Origin: Chloroflexi bacterium HGW-Chloroflexi-1
GTDB taxonomy: Bacteria; Chloroflexota; Anaerolineae; CG2-30-64-16
Direction of reading: 5' to 3'
DNA: 38,799 nt
Assembly (NCBI GenBank): GCA_002842085.1
Contig: PHCA01000014.1
Span: forward strand, 1 to 38,799
Under the pieces are notes generated by a model. The model was given only the letters and a program-made list of their open reading frames with translations, was not told the origin of the DNA and ran no database searches. This document shows positions 28,237 to 38,761 of the stretch, one piece after another (position 1 is the first letter of the stretch; every line of letters begins with the position of its first letter). Both the position numbers and the translations under genes were made by a program.

Positions 28237-29121
28237 TTAGACATTGACGTTCACGTCGATGGCTTGCCGCAAACCGTCAGCAAGGCCCTGGAACGCCAGC
28301 ACAGAGATGACGATGCAAAGCGACGGAAACAGAAACACATGCCAGTAGTACATCCAGTACTGGCCGGCCTGCCCCAGCATCTGGCCCCAGCTCGGTATGG
28401 GCGGGCGAATGCCGATGCCCAGGAAGCTCAGGCCCGCCTCGGCAAACACCGATCCCGGGATGCTGGTGGCAAAGCCCCACAACAACAGAGGAGCTATCTG
28501 CGGGAGGACATGTCGGGCGAGGATCTGGCGCGTGGGGATGCCCAGCGCGCGCGCCGCCTCCACAAAGTCGTACTCACGCGCTGAGAACGTGAGGCCACGC
28601 ACCAACCGGCAGGAGCCTACCCAGCTACTAACACTGAGCGCCAGGATCAAGTTCCACACGCTTGGCGACAGCACCATCACCAGGTAGAGCACCAGCAGGT
28701 ACCAGGGCAGCGCTGAAAACAGATCGACCAAACGCTGGATGAACCAGTCGAACGCCCCCCCCAGATAGCCCGCCAGAATGCCCAGGGGCACACCGATGAC
28801 CATGCCCACGGCCCCCGTGAGGATGCCGACCAGCAGCATGGGCCGCGCGCCCCACATCAGGCGCGTAAGCATGTCGCGGCCAAGATAGTCGGTGCCCAGG
28901 AGATGCTGCCAGGTGGGCAACTGCAGGGTAATGCCATAGTCGACCCGGTCGTAAGGGTAGGGAGAGATCACCGGCGCCATTACCGCGACGAACAGGATGA
29001 TGATAAAGTAAACCAACCCGAACATCGCCAAGCCACTGCGGCGAAAGCGACGCCAGGCCGCGACCCAGTTCGAGGCATAGCGCGTCTCTGGCGCGTTACG
29101 TTGCGACTTGGCCCTGGTCAT
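28237..29121 (-). CDS. oppC: Oligopeptide ABC permease
   Basis: HLLGTDYLGRD, FVEAARALG, EAGLSFLGIG, PSWG. Confidence 0.9.
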   Translation of the reverse strand: MTRAKSQRNAPETRYASNWVAAWRRFRRSGLAMFGLVYFIIILFVAVMAPVISPYPYDRVDYGITLQLPTWQHLLGTDYLGRDMLTRLMWGARPMLLVGILTGAVGMVIGVPLGILAGYLGGAFDWFIQRLVDLFSALPWYLLVLYLVMVLSPSVWNLILALSVSSWVGSCRLVRGLTFSAREYDFVEAARALGIPTRQILARHVLPQIAPLLLWGFATSIPGSVFAEAGLSFLGIGIRPPIPSWGQMLGQAGQYWMYYWHVFLFPSLCIVISVLAFQGLADGLRQAIDVNVNV

Positions 29122-30050
29122 GAGGATTTCTGCGTGATACGCACGCGCGGATCAATGACACCGTAGAGAATATCGGTTATAAAGTAGGTCACAGAGAGCA
29201 ACAGGGCCCAAAAAACCGTAATGCCCAACACCATAGGATAGTCGCGGTTAGTGCTGGAGAGAACAAACTGCTTGCCCAGCCCGGGCAATCCAAAGACCAT
29301 CTCGATGAACATAGAACCCGTCATCATGCCCGGAAACATGGGCAGAAAGCTGGTGACCATGGGGATCAGAGCGTTGCGCAGCACGTGTTTGGACATGACT
29401 TGCGAGCGCACCAGGCCCTTGGCGTAGGCGGTGCGAACATAGTCAGACGAGATAGTATCCACCATGCACTGGCGTGTCCAACGGGCAACGCCGCCGATCG
29501 CCGGGAAGCCATAGGCAAAGACCGGCAGCACCAGGTACTTGGGGCCGCCCCAGCCGCCGGCGGGCAGGATCGCCAGCTTGGCGGCAAACACGTACACCAC
29601 GACAAAGCCGAGCACAAAGGCTGGGATTGAGCCGACTACAATAGAGTAGGTGACAATAGCATTGTCCAACCACGAGTTCTGGTGGGCGGCCGCTATCATC
29701 CCGAGGATGATGCCCACCGTAAGCGAGAAGACGCAGGCCAAAAACCCCAAGAGCGCGCTATAGGGCAGGAGCTTGAAAATCAGCCCGGTCACGGTCATCT
29801 CGGGGGCCGTAAAAGGCACGCCAAAGTCCAGCCGCACCGCCTGGCCAAGCCAGGTAACGTACTGCTCCAAAATGGGCTTGTCCAGGCCGTATTTGGCCTT
29901 GAACAACTCTAACTGCTTCTTGCCCATGGGCACCTCGACTTTGCCAAAGGGTCCGCCGGGTACCGTGCGGGACAAGACAAAGGTAACGAAGGAGAGCAGC
30001 AAGAGCATGATGAGAATGCCCAAAAAACGCCGTAGCACATAGTTCAACAT
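29118..30050 (-). CDS. oppB: Oligopeptide ABC permease
   Basis: YGLDKP, DYVRTAYAKGL, HVLRNALIP, NRDYP. Confidence 0.9.
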   Translation of the reverse strand: MLNYVLRRFLGILIMLLLLSFVTFVLSRTVPGGPFGKVEVPMGKKQLELFKAKYGLDKPILEQYVTWLGQAVRLDFGVPFTAPEMTVTGLIFKLLPYSALLGFLACVFSLTVGIILGMIAAAHQNSWLDNAIVTYSIVVGSIPAFVLGFVVVYVFAAKLAILPAGGWGGPKYLVLPVFAYGFPAIGGVARWTRQCMVDTISSDYVRTAYAKGLVRSQVMSKHVLRNALIPMVTSFLPMFPGMMTGSMFIEMVFGLPGLGKQFVLSSTNRDYPMVLGITVFWALLLSVTYFITDILYGVIDPRVRITQKSS

Positions 30051-30095
30051 GGGTCGGCCTATCCTTCAGCAAGGCAGCAATTTCCGTTATGGGGT

Positions 30096-30155
30096 TCGTA
30101 GTAACGACTTTAGTCGTTCGAGCCGCGTAACCAGCGACTAAAGTCGCCACTACGA
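30096..30155. repeat. GTAG-type REP inverted pair
   Basis: TCGTAGTAACGACTTTAGTCG ... CGACTAAAGTCGCCACTACGA. Confidence 0.75.
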
Positions 30156-30167
30156 TGCCGGCATCGC

Positions 30168-30215
30168 GATGCCATATCACACGGTGATGATGCCATATCA
30201 CACGATGATGATGCC
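30168..30215. repeat. 21-bp tandem repeat, about 2.3 copies
   Basis: GATGCCATATCACACGRTGAT twice, then GATGCC. Confidence 0.8.
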
Positions 30216-30249
30216 AAAACGGGAATTGCTGTTCGAGGATAGCGGGCCA

Positions 30250-30269
30250 GGCGCCGGTTTCCCGGCGCC
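30250..30269 (-). other. GC-rich stem-loop after oppA (possible mRNA stabiliser)
   Basis: GGCGCCGG-GAAA-CCGGCGCC on the minus strand. No U-tract. Confidence 0.45.
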
Positions 30270-30304
30270 CAGAGGTTCGCTTGTTCGGACAACGCGACTG
30301 GGGG

Positions 30305-31803
30305 TTACTTGCCCTTCAGCGCGTCGCGACAGATAGAGTTGCTCCAGTGTAGGTGCTGATAGGCCTCGATCACGCTGCCGCCGCCGGTACCCATGGAGAA
30401 GCCGTTGCGGTTGGGCATCGCGCCGGGACCGGCCAGGTTGCACGGGAACATGGTGTACGAGAACGGGCTGTCCATGCCGAAAAAGACCGTGCTGTCGACC
30501 AGAGCGATCTCGGCCTTCTTGACGGCCTCAAAACGCTTGACCGGATCCATGATCGAGTTGGCCGCGTTGTACTGGGCGGTCCATTCGGGCATCTCGCAAG
30601 GATGCCGACCGCCGTCGCGCCAGATATTCAGGAAGGTGGCCGGGTCGAAATAGTCGAGTTGGTAGGCCACCCAGTAGATCGGGGCGGCTTTTTGGCCAAA
30701 GGCCTGCTCGGTGAACCCGGAGTAGTCCGCGCCCTTCAGGGTGACTTTGATCCCCAGGTTGTCCTTCCAGGCCGCCTGCACGGCTTCGGCGTAGGCCGAG
30801 ACGCTGCCACGGCACCAGAACTCGAACTCGGGAAAGCCCTTGCCATCGGCATAGCCAGCCTTGGAGAGCAACTGCTTGGCCGCCTCGGGATCGAACTTGT
30901 TGGGCTCCAGCTCCTTCAGCACGTCGTCGTTGTTGCCCGGGAAGCCCTTGGGCAGCATGCCCCAGGCGGGGAGGGCAAAGCCTTTGCCCACCTGGGCCAC
31001 GATGGTGGCCTTGTCGATGGCCTTGCACATGGCCAGGCGCACGTCGGGGTTATCCAGCGGCGCGAACTTGCCGGGCAGGGTGTTAAAGCCGAAATAGTCG
31101 GTCAGGTACGGGGCGACCGGGTGCGTCTCGGCACGCAGGATGGGGCTGGTGTTGATAAAGGCCTGCTCGCCCGGAGGCGTGCCCGCGCCAACGCTGTAAA
31201 AGATGGTCTCGCCGGCCATGTAGGCGGCCAGGCCACCGGCCAACGGGCCTTCGTGGCACTTTTCAAAGTAGACCGTGCGCACGCCCTTGTACTTCTTGTT
31301 GACTTCCCACTCGCAGCCGGTGGCGCGGTCCAACTTGACCAGGGTCCACGGGCCAGAGCCGTTGAACGTCTTCGGGTCGAGCTCGTACATCTCGCCCGCT
31401 GTCTCATACGCCTTCTTGGACATGACCAGGAACCAGCACATCACCGAGGGCAGGTACGGTGTCGGCAGTTCCGTGGAGATCTGGAGTGTAAAGTCGTCAA
31501 CCGCTTTGATCCCCAGCTCCTCAGCGGGAAGCTGTCCGCCTGAGACCTTGGATGCGTTCTTGATGTCTGAATAGTACCAGGCGTAGTCATAGCCGCTGCC
31601 CATGGCGCGCTTCATGGTCCATTCCCAGTCCTGGGCGGTGACGGGCGAGCCATCGGTGAAGGTGAGTTCCTTACGCAGCTTGAACTCCCAGGTCAAGCCG
31701 TCTTCCAAGATCCGGTAGCTCTCGCAACCGGCGGGATAGGGGTCACCGTTGAAGTCGAGGCCCACCAGGCGAGTACTCAACAGACGGCCCACCAGGGCGC
31801 CAT
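30305..31803 (-). pseudogene. oppA: Peptide ABC substrate-binding protein (family 5) lacking its N-terminus
   Basis: DGLTWEFKLR...FTDGSPVTAQD, GSGPW, VRLAMCKAIDK. No signal peptide. The ATG with a GGGAGG RBS (31803) is out of frame with the body (31792-30305). Confidence 0.75.
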
Positions 31804-32121
31804 CTGTGAATTCCTCCCTTCAGCCCAGCCTGCTTATGGCCAGACTCCGCCCCACGGACACTCCGGGGGCGCCCGTGCGCGGCGTTCGGGCCAGGGAGGT
31901 CATCCAACCACCCACCGACTAGCGCATACTGTGCTTCGAGAATCCTTACATAGACCCTCCCTTCACGCAGCTCTCGTCTCGTCTTCCGCGAGGTTCGCCG
32001 ATAGCGCATAGTAACGCGGCAGCGTACTCACCCTGAAGACCGAACGAGCGCATCGGGAACCGCCCCTTTGCTGCCCAGTCAATCTCGACGATGAGGAGTA
32101 GATATGTTAACAGACAAATAA

Positions 32122-32149
32122 ATTATACTACAGTACCGTAGTCTGTCAA
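32122..32149 (-). promoter_or_regulatory. Sigma70-type promoter of the opp operon with overlapping palindromic operator
   Basis: TTGACA-16 nt-TATAAT on the minus strand. The spacer region ACTACGGTACTGTAGT (32127-32142) is a 14/16 palindrome. Confidence 0.8.
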
Positions 32150-32212
32150 GTTACGCTTGTTGGGGTATCTGCTCCATTTTTCGGGGGATCGCCCGCTGTG
32201 GCCGGTCTGCAA

Positions 32213-33883
32213 TCAAACCTCCAACACCGCGCCTTCACTCCCCGACGTGACTATCGCGGCGTAGCGCCGGAGCCAGCCGGTCAGCTCGCGGCGCACCGGC
32301 CGCCATGCGGCTCGACGCCGCGCCAGTTCCGCATCGGAAAGCTCCACCTCCAGCCGCCGACCGGGGATGTCGATGGCAATGATGTCGCCGTCCCGGAGCA
32401 GGCCGATCGGGCCGCCGGCCGCGGCTTCAGGCGAGACGTGGCCGATGCATGCGCCGCGCGTGCCGCCGCTGAACCGGCCGTCAGTGATCAGCGCGACCGA
32501 TGTGCCCAGCCCCATGCCCATGATGTTCGACGTGGGCGCCAGCATCTCCTGCATGCCCGGGCCGCCTTTGGGCCCCTCGTAGCGGATCACCACCACGTCG
32601 CCCGCCTTCACCTTGCCGGCGAGGATGCCCGCGTTGGCCTCGTCGTGCGAATCGAAGACGACCGCGGGACCGCGATGCAGCATCATCTCCGGCAGGATGC
32701 TCGCGCTCTTCACCACCGCGCCCTCGGGCGTCAGGTTGCCGAAGAGGATCGCCAGCCCGCCGCGCTCGCTGTAGGGATGGGCGAGGGGGCGGATGCAGGC
32801 CAGATCGCGACTCTCCGCGCCCTGCACGTTCTCGTACAGCGTCTTGCCGGTCACCGTGATCGCATCGCGATGCAGCACGCCGGGCTTTTTGGATAGCTCC
32901 CACAGGATGGCCGACACGCCGCCGGCCGCGTCCACATCCTCCAGGTGATAGCTGGAGGAAGGCGACACCTTGCAGATGTTCGGCACGCGCTCGGCGACCT
33001 CGTTCAGCCGCGCCAGCGGATAGTCGACGCCCGCCTCGTGCGCCAACGCCAACGTGTGCAACACCGTGTTGGTCGAGCCACCCATCGCCATGTCCAGCGC
33101 AAACGCGTTGTCGATCGCCGCCGCGGTGACGATGTCGCGCGGCTTCAGGTCCAGGTCGATCAGCGTCATCAACTGCCGGGCGGCCTGTCGCGCCAATTCC
33201 TCGCGTCGCGGATCGACCGCCAGGATCGTACCGTTGCCGGGCAGCGCCATGCCCAACGCCTCGCACAGGCAGTTCATCGAGTTGGCGGTGAACATGCCGG
33301 AGCATGAGCCGCACGTCGGGCAGCCGAACTGCTCCAACTCCAGCAGCGCCGCGTCGTCAATCTTGCCTGCCTTGTGTGCGCCCACCCCCTCGAACACCGA
33401 AATCAGGTCCACCACCTTGCCCGACGGCGTCACGCCCGCCCGCATCGGCCCGCCGCTGACGAAGATAGTCGGCACGTTGAGCCGCATGGCCGCCATCAAC
33501 ATGCCGGGCACGATCTTGTCGCAGTTGGTGATGCAGATCATGCCGTCGAAACAGTGCGCCTTGACCATCGTCTCCACCGAGTCCGCGATCAGCTCGCGAC
33601 TGGGCAGACTGTACTTCATGCCCGCGTGGCCCATCGCGATGCCATCGTCCACGCCGATGGTGTTGAACATGAACGGCACGCCGCCCGCGGCCCGGATCGC
33701 ATCCCGCACGACCTCGCCCAGCACGTTCAGGTGCGCGTGGCCGGGAATGACGTCGATGTAGGAGTTGGCGATGGCGATGAACGGTTTGCGGAAGTCGTCC
33801 TCGCTTTGGATCACGCCGGTGGCACGCAGCAGCGAGCGGTGCGGCGCGCGCTCGAACCCCTTTTTGATCATGTCCGAGCGCAT
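32213..33883 (-). CDS. ilvD: Dihydroxy-acid dehydratase
   Basis: [56 protein letters not shown]. Alternative start at 33913. Confidence 0.96.
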   Translation of the reverse strand: MRSDMIKKGFERAPHRSLLRATGVIQSEDDFRKPFIAIANSYIDVIPGHAHLNVLGEVVRDAIRAAGGVPFMFNTIGVDDGIAMGHAGMKYSLPSRELIADSVETMVKAHCFDGMICITNCDKIVPGMLMAAMRLNVPTIFVSGGPMRAGVTPSGKVVDLISVFEGVGAHKAGKIDDAALLELEQFGCPTCGSCSGMFTANSMNCLCEALGMALPGNGTILAVDPRREELARQAARQLMTLIDLDLKPRDIVTAAAIDNAFALDMAMGGSTNTVLHTLALAHEAGVDYPLARLNEVAERVPNICKVSPSSSYHLEDVDAAGGVSAILWELSKKPGVLHRDAITVTGKTLYENVQGAESRDLACIRPLAHPYSERGGLAILFGNLTPEGAVVKSASILPEMMLHRGPAVVFDSHDEANAGILAGKVKAGDVVVIRYEGPKGGPGMQEMLAPTSNIMGMGLGTSVALITDGRFSGGTRGACIGHVSPEAAAGGPIGLLRDGDIIAIDIPGRRLEVELSDAELARRRAAWRPVRRELTGWLRRYAAIVTSGSEGAVLEV

Positions 33884-33929
33884 GGCGCGCCTCTTGAAGT
33901 CATTCTTGCCCATTAGACCCCCAAATAAT

Positions 33930-34017
33930 GGAACGCGGATGAACGCGGACGACGCGGACTACGCGGACAAAAACAGAAAAATCCGCGTCATCCGCGCTCT
34001 CCGCGTCGTCCGCGTCC
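33930..34017. repeat. Intergenic hairpin built from about 9-bp ACGCGGA units
   Basis: Four ACGCGGA units, an A-rich loop, then four TCCGCG(T) units. Confidence 0.85.
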
Positions 34018-34034
34018 GGTTTTTCGAACGAATG

Positions 34035-35139
34035 TCAATCGCCTACCAGCCTGGTCACCTTGTCGCCCATTTGTTGTGTATCCAGCAGAATCCCGCCCGG
34101 GGTCATGATGTCGCGACAGCGGTAGCCGGCGGCCAGCACATCCTCCACAGCCTTCTCCACCGCGTCCGCCTCCGCGTGGAGGCCAAAGGACCAGCGCAGC
34201 AGCATGGCGCAGCTCAGGATCGTCGCCAGCGGGTTGGCGATGCCCTGGCCGGCGATGTCCGGCGCGCTGCCGTGGATCGGCTCGTAGAGGCCGAAACGCC
34301 GCGCCCCTCCGGCCCCCCAATCCTGGGGGGTGTCCGCCACCCCCGAAATCGGGGGCCGGGGGGCAACCATCTCCCCCGAAGTCGGGGGCCGGGGGGCCAT
34401 CACCGCGCCCAACGACGCGGACGGCAACATGCCCATGCTGCCGGCCAGCATCGCCGCCTCGTCCGACAGGATGTCGCCGAACAGGTTCTCGGTGGCGATC
34501 ACGTCGAAGTCGGCCGGGCGGCGGATCAGGTACATGGCGCAGGCGTCCACCAGGATGTCTTCCATCCGGACATCAGGATAATCGGCGGCCACTTCGTGCG
34601 CCACCGTGCGCCAGAGTCGCGACGAGGCCAGCACGTTAGCCTTGTCCACCGAGGTGACCTTGCCCCGCCGGCCGCGGGCCAGGTCGAACGCCACGCGCAT
34701 CAGCCGCGCGACCTCCCCTTCGGTGTAGCGCAAGGTGTCCACGCCTTCTCGGTGCGGCGCGGCGCCCGACTGGCCTTGCGGCTTGCCGAAGTACAGGCCA
34801 CCGGTTAGCTCGCGCACGATCACCAGGTCCACGTCCGCAACGACTTCCGGCTTCAGGGGCAAGCAAGCCTTGCTCCGGCCGGACTTTGGCGCGCGGATCG
34901 CTCCACTTCGGCCCACCGACCGCGCCGAGCAGGACGGCGTCACTCGCCCGGCACAGCGCCAACGTCTCGTCGGGCAAAGGATTGCCGGTCGCGTCGATGG
35001 CGATGCCGCCGGCCAGCCCCTCGGTGAGCTCGAACGTGTGACCGTACTTCTCGGCGACCGTCCGCAGGACCTTGATCCCCTCGGCCACCACCTCCGGGCC
35101 GATGCCGTCGCCGGGGAGAACCGCTATTTTCGCGTGCAT
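34035..35139 (-). pseudogene. leuB: 3-isopropylmalate dehydrogenase with internal deletion and frameshift
   Basis: The N-terminal part [13 protein letters not shown]...RPEQGLL and the C-terminal part PLKPE...[10 protein letters not shown]...[11 protein letters not shown]...[12 protein letters not shown] are in different frames. The junction is at about 34859 and the LRK...ANLRP segment is absent. Confidence 0.88.
34303..34397. repeat. G/C-tract palindromic repeats inserted in-frame in leuB
   Basis: 25-bp direct repeats at 34340-34364 and 34373-34397 (24/25) plus an inverted copy. Adds about 30 aa between SASLG and GLYEP. Confidence 0.8.
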
Positions 35140-35183
35140 AACTTTCCTTTCGATCGAAATGTAGCGCAAGCTGGCAGCTTGCG

Positions 35184-36743
35184 TTACACGCCCGCCAACG
35201 CCTCCACCTGCCAGTCGGCGATGCCGCGGGTCTCCGGATCGAAGCCAACGCCGATCAAGGTGACGGGCTTGCCGGCCAGCCGGTAAGGCTCGGCATAGCC
35301 GCGCGCTTTGATTTGCGCCAACGCCTCGGCCGCGCTGCCGCGCAGCTTGAACTCGAAGACGAAGACCCCCTCGGCCACCTCGACCACCGCGTCGGCGCGA
35401 CCGCGGCTGGTACGCACTTCGGTTCCCACCTGCAGTCCCACCAGCCGGAAGATCAGGTAGAAGACCGTCTGGTAGTAGCGCTCCTGCGGGATCTGGAGGT
35501 CGTAGGGGATGTCGCTGAAGAAGACGCCCAGGATCTCGAAAAAGCGGTCGAAGTCCGCGGCGCGCAACGCCTGCGTCAGCCGCCAGAGATAGCCGCCCGC
35601 GATGCCATCTTCGACCGGGGTGAAGGAAGTGAGCAAACGGCTCAGGAAGGCCAGTTCGACCTCGTAGTTGGGGTAGCCCAGTCGATAGATGCGGCTCTTC
35701 CGGTCGTAGCCCTTGACGGTCAGATAGCCGGTCTGGAAGAGCAGCGGCACGATCCGGAGCGTCTCCAGCTCATAGCTGCTGAAGGCCAGCTCGTCCAGCT
35801 CCAACTGATCCAGGTCGCGCACGTCGTACCCGCGCTGCTGGATCAGCTTGATCAGGAAGGTGGGGGTGCCGGTCTCGAACCAGTAATCCCTGAAGCTCTG
35901 CGTCTCAAGCAGCAGCAGCAGCGAAAAGGGGTTGTAGACCGACTCGCACGTCCGCGAGAAGCAGAAGCCATCATACCAGTGCCGGATTTCGGCGAGCAGA
36001 GCCGCTTCCGACACCTCCTCGTGTGCGGCAAATCGTTGGATGTAGTCGGGAAAGCAGGTTTCCACCTCGGCCTGGGTGATTCCCAACATGGCCGAGAAGC
36101 GGTCGTCCGTGCTGAGATCGCGCAGATTGTTCAGGCCGGAGAAGATGCCCACCTTGCTGAACTTGCTGACGCCGGTGAGGAACACGAAGCGCACGTAGGC
36201 GTCCATGCCTTTGATGACGGTGTAGAACCCCTTCAGCACTTCGCGGATGCGCTGCGCCTCGGCCAGGTTTTCCAGGTTGTCAATGAGCGGCTTGTCGTAT
36301 TCGTCAATCAGGATGACGACCTGACCGCGCTCGGCCAGCAGACGGATCAGATCGGCGAACTGGTGGTAGTAGGCCGCGTCGTCGAGCGTCACCTGGTACT
36401 CGCCGGCGATCTGGCGCAGGGTATACCGGATGTGCTGTTCCAACGCCTCAGCGCTCTTCACCTGGGCCAGGCTGAAGTCTATGCGGATGACCGGATAAGG
36501 CCGCCAGTCGTAGGGCTGGTCATACAGCCACAACCCGCGGAAGAGCTCGCGCTTGCCCTGGAAGATCTCCGCCAGGGTGGAGATGAGCAGGCTCTTGCCG
36601 AAGCGCCGCGGCCGCGACAGGAAGTAGACACCCTTGGCAGGACGGATCAGGTCGTAGATCCAGCGGGTTTTATCCACATACAAAAAGCCACCCGCGATGA
36701 TATCCTTGAACGTCTGGATGCCGATAGGCAACGGTTTAGACAT
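35184..36743 (-). CDS. AAA-ATPase-like protein with C-terminal PD-(D/E)XK nuclease domain
   Basis: [45 protein letters not shown]...FEFK...ALAQI...Y. Confidence 0.9.
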   Translation of the reverse strand: MSKPLPIGIQTFKDIIAGGFLYVDKTRWIYDLIRPAKGVYFLSRPRRFGKSLLISTLAEIFQGKRELFRGLWLYDQPYDWRPYPVIRIDFSLAQVKSAEALEQHIRYTLRQIAGEYQVTLDDAAYYHQFADLIRLLAERGQVVILIDEYDKPLIDNLENLAEAQRIREVLKGFYTVIKGMDAYVRFVFLTGVSKFSKVGIFSGLNNLRDLSTDDRFSAMLGITQAEVETCFPDYIQRFAAHEEVSEAALLAEIRHWYDGFCFSRTCESVYNPFSLLLLLETQSFRDYWFETGTPTFLIKLIQQRGYDVRDLDQLELDELAFSSYELETLRIVPLLFQTGYLTVKGYDRKSRIYRLGYPNYEVELAFLSRLLTSFTPVEDGIAGGYLWRLTQALRAADFDRFFEILGVFFSDIPYDLQIPQERYYQTVFYLIFRLVGLQVGTEVRTSRGRADAVVEVAEGVFVFEFKLRGSAAEALAQIKARGYAEPYRLAGKPVTLIGVGFDPETRGIADWQVEALAGV

Positions 36744-36805
36744 GGCTGACCTCGCTCTGGCTGGAACGGCCTGGACGGATTCCATCACTGACCCCACTGC
36801 CCACA

Positions 36806-38404
36806 TTATACCACGAGCGCGTACTCCATGCTATCGGCTAACGCCTGCCACGAGGATTCGATGATGTTGGTGGATGCGCCGACGGTGCTCCACGCGCTGT
36901 GGCCGTTGCGCGTGTCGATGATGACGCGCGTCGTGGAGGCAGTGGCCGCGTCTCCGTCGAGGATGCGCACCTTGTAATCAACCAACTGGATGTCGGCAAG
37001 CTGCGGGTAGTGCGGCAAGAGCGCCTTGCGCAGCGCCCGGTCGAGCGCGTTGACCGGGCCGTTGCCCTCGGCGACCGTGTGGGCGATCTCGTCGCCGATC
37101 TTGACCTTGACCGTGGCCTCGGCGAAGATGCCGCGACCCTGGCGATGCTCGACCACGGCCATGAAGTCCACCAACTCGAACGGCGGCCGGTAGCCGGGCT
37201 GCAACCGTTTCAGCATCAGCGCTACCGACGCCTCCGCGCCCTCGAAGAAGAAGCCGCGGCTTTCCAACTCCTTGACGTGCTCCAACACCTGCTTGACGTC
37301 ATCCCGGGAAGCGTCCAGGCCGTACTCCCGGGCCTTGAACACCAGGTTGCCGCGACCGGAAAGCTCGCTGACCAACACGCGCTTTTCGTTGCCCACCAGC
37401 GCCGGGGCGATGTGTTGATAGCTCTCCTCGACCTTCATGATCGCGGCGACGTGGATGCCACCCTTGTGCGCAAACGCGCTGGCCCCCACGTAGGGCTGGC
37501 GGGAATCGTGGGCCAGGTTCGCGGTCTCGCTGACGAAGCGGGAAAGCTCGGTGATGCGGCGCAGATTCTCGGCCGAGAGGCAGGTCATTCCCATCTTGAG
37601 CTGCAGCGCGGGGATCACTGTGCACAGATTGCAGTTGCCGACCCGCTCACCGTAGCCGTTGATGGTGCCCTGCACGTGGGTGCAGCCGGCGCGCACCGCG
37701 GCCAGCGCGTTGGCCACCGCCAGGCCGCCGTCATCGTGGGTGTGAATGCCCAACACGACCGGCCGAGGAGGATTTCCGAGGTCTCGGAGACTTTGGAAAT
37801 CTGTCTGAGCCAGGAAACGACCGGTCGCCGCCACCGCGTCCTCGACCTCCCATGGCATGGCGCCGCCGTTGGTATCGCAGAGGACCACGCAGTCGGCGCC
37901 GGCCTCATACGCCGCGCGCACTGTGGCCAGCGCGTAGTCCGGGTTGGCCTTGTAGCCGTCGAAGAAGTGCTCGGCGTCGTAGAACATCTGGCGGCCGTGA
38001 TCCCGGAAGTAACGCACGCTCTCGGCGATCATGGCCAGGTTTTCTTCCAGCGTAGTCGCCAAGATGTGGTGGACGTGCAGGTCCCAGCTCTTACCGACCA
38101 CCGTGACGATGGGCGTCTCTGCTTCGAGCAGCATCTTGATCTGCGGGTCCGTCTCGCAGGTCAGATGCGCCTTGCGGGTCGAACCGAAGGCAGCGATGCG
38201 CGCCTGCTTGAGTTGTAGCGTGCCGGCAAGTCGAAAGAATTCGGCATCCTTGGCATTGGAGCCAGGCCAGCCCCCTTCGATGTACGGGAGGCCCAAGTCG
38301 TCGAGGCGCAGGGCGACCTTGAGCTTGTCCTCGAGAGAGAAGGAAACGCCCTCCCCCTGGGCGCCATCCCGCAAGGTGGTGTCGTAAACAGATATCTGGG
38401 TCAT
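36806..38404 (-). CDS. cimA: Citramalate synthase (LeuA/CimA family)
   Basis: DTTLRDGAQGEG, YIEGGWPGSN, YDAEHFFDGY, GTINGYGER, HKGGIH, allosteric domain GNGPVNALD. Confidence 0.9.
   Translation of the reverse strand: MTQISVYDTTLRDGAQGEGVSFSLEDKLKVALRLDDLGLPYIEGGWPGSNAKDAEFFRLAGTLQLKQARIAAFGSTRKAHLTCETDPQIKMLLEAETPIVTVVGKSWDLHVHHILATTLEENLAMIAESVRYFRDHGRQMFYDAEHFFDGYKANPDYALATVRAAYEAGADCVVLCDTNGGAMPWEVEDAVAATGRFLAQTDFQSLRDLGNPPRPVVLGIHTHDDGGLAVANALAAVRAGCTHVQGTINGYGERVGNCNLCTVIPALQLKMGMTCLSAENLRRITELSRFVSETANLAHDSRQPYVGASAFAHKGGIHVAAIMKVEESYQHIAPALVGNEKRVLVSELSGRGNLVFKAREYGLDASRDDVKQVLEHVKELESRGFFFEGAEASVALMLKRLQPGYRPPFELVDFMAVVEHRQGRGIFAEATVKVKIGDEIAHTVAEGNGPVNALDRALRKALLPHYPQLADIQLVDYKVRILDGDAATASTTRVIIDTRNGHSAWSTVGASTNIIESSWQALADSMEYALVV
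37771..37801. repeat. Short palindrome in-frame within cimA
   Basis: GATTTCCGAGGTCT-CGG-AGACTTTGGAAATC (12/14 stem), encoding DFQSLRDLGN in a loop before LGIHTH. Confidence 0.55.
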
Positions 38405-38405
38405 C

Positions 38406-38591
38406 TCAACTGTGCCAGGAGCCGTGATAGTAACGCCACTCAGGATCAGAGTAGTCCGGATGCATCACGGCCCGCTCGGCCTGGCTGGTCGTAGGCTGCG
38501 CATTCTCGCGTTGCCCGTTAGCGCGCTGCCCGTCGGCACTCTCCGCGGCGCGCAACTGCCCGTTCTCCTGCTGTATGATCTCCCGTTGCAT
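38406..38591 (-). CDS. Small hypothetical protein (61 aa)
   Basis: AGGAGG RBS 6 nt before the ATG. Stop lies 1 nt before the cimA start. Confidence 0.55.
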   Translation of the reverse strand: MQREIIQQENGQLRAAESADGQRANGQRENAQPTTSQAERAVMHPDYSDPEWRYYHGSWHS

Positions 38592-38609
38592 GGATAACCT
38601 CCTGAAAAC

Positions 38610-38761
38610 GTAACTACTCAGCCGCCGTGTCATTGCGAGCGTTTTTTGCGAAGCAATCTCGGATTGCCGCAATCGAGATTGCCGCAATCTCCTGGCACTC
38701 AACGCGGGGATTGCTTCGTCGGCAAAAAACGCCTCCTCGCAATGACAAGCTGAGTAGTTAC
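38610..38761. mobile_element. GTAACTACTCAGC MITE, copy 3, with 8-bp target duplication
   Basis: Perfect 13-bp TIR. CTGAAAAC at 38602-38609 and 38762-38769. Confidence 0.92.

Noticed and set aside
31804-32100. Group II intron or known riboswitch upstream of oppA
   Set aside because: No GTGCG 5' end with a domain V/VI signature, and no riboswitch consensus that I could recognise.
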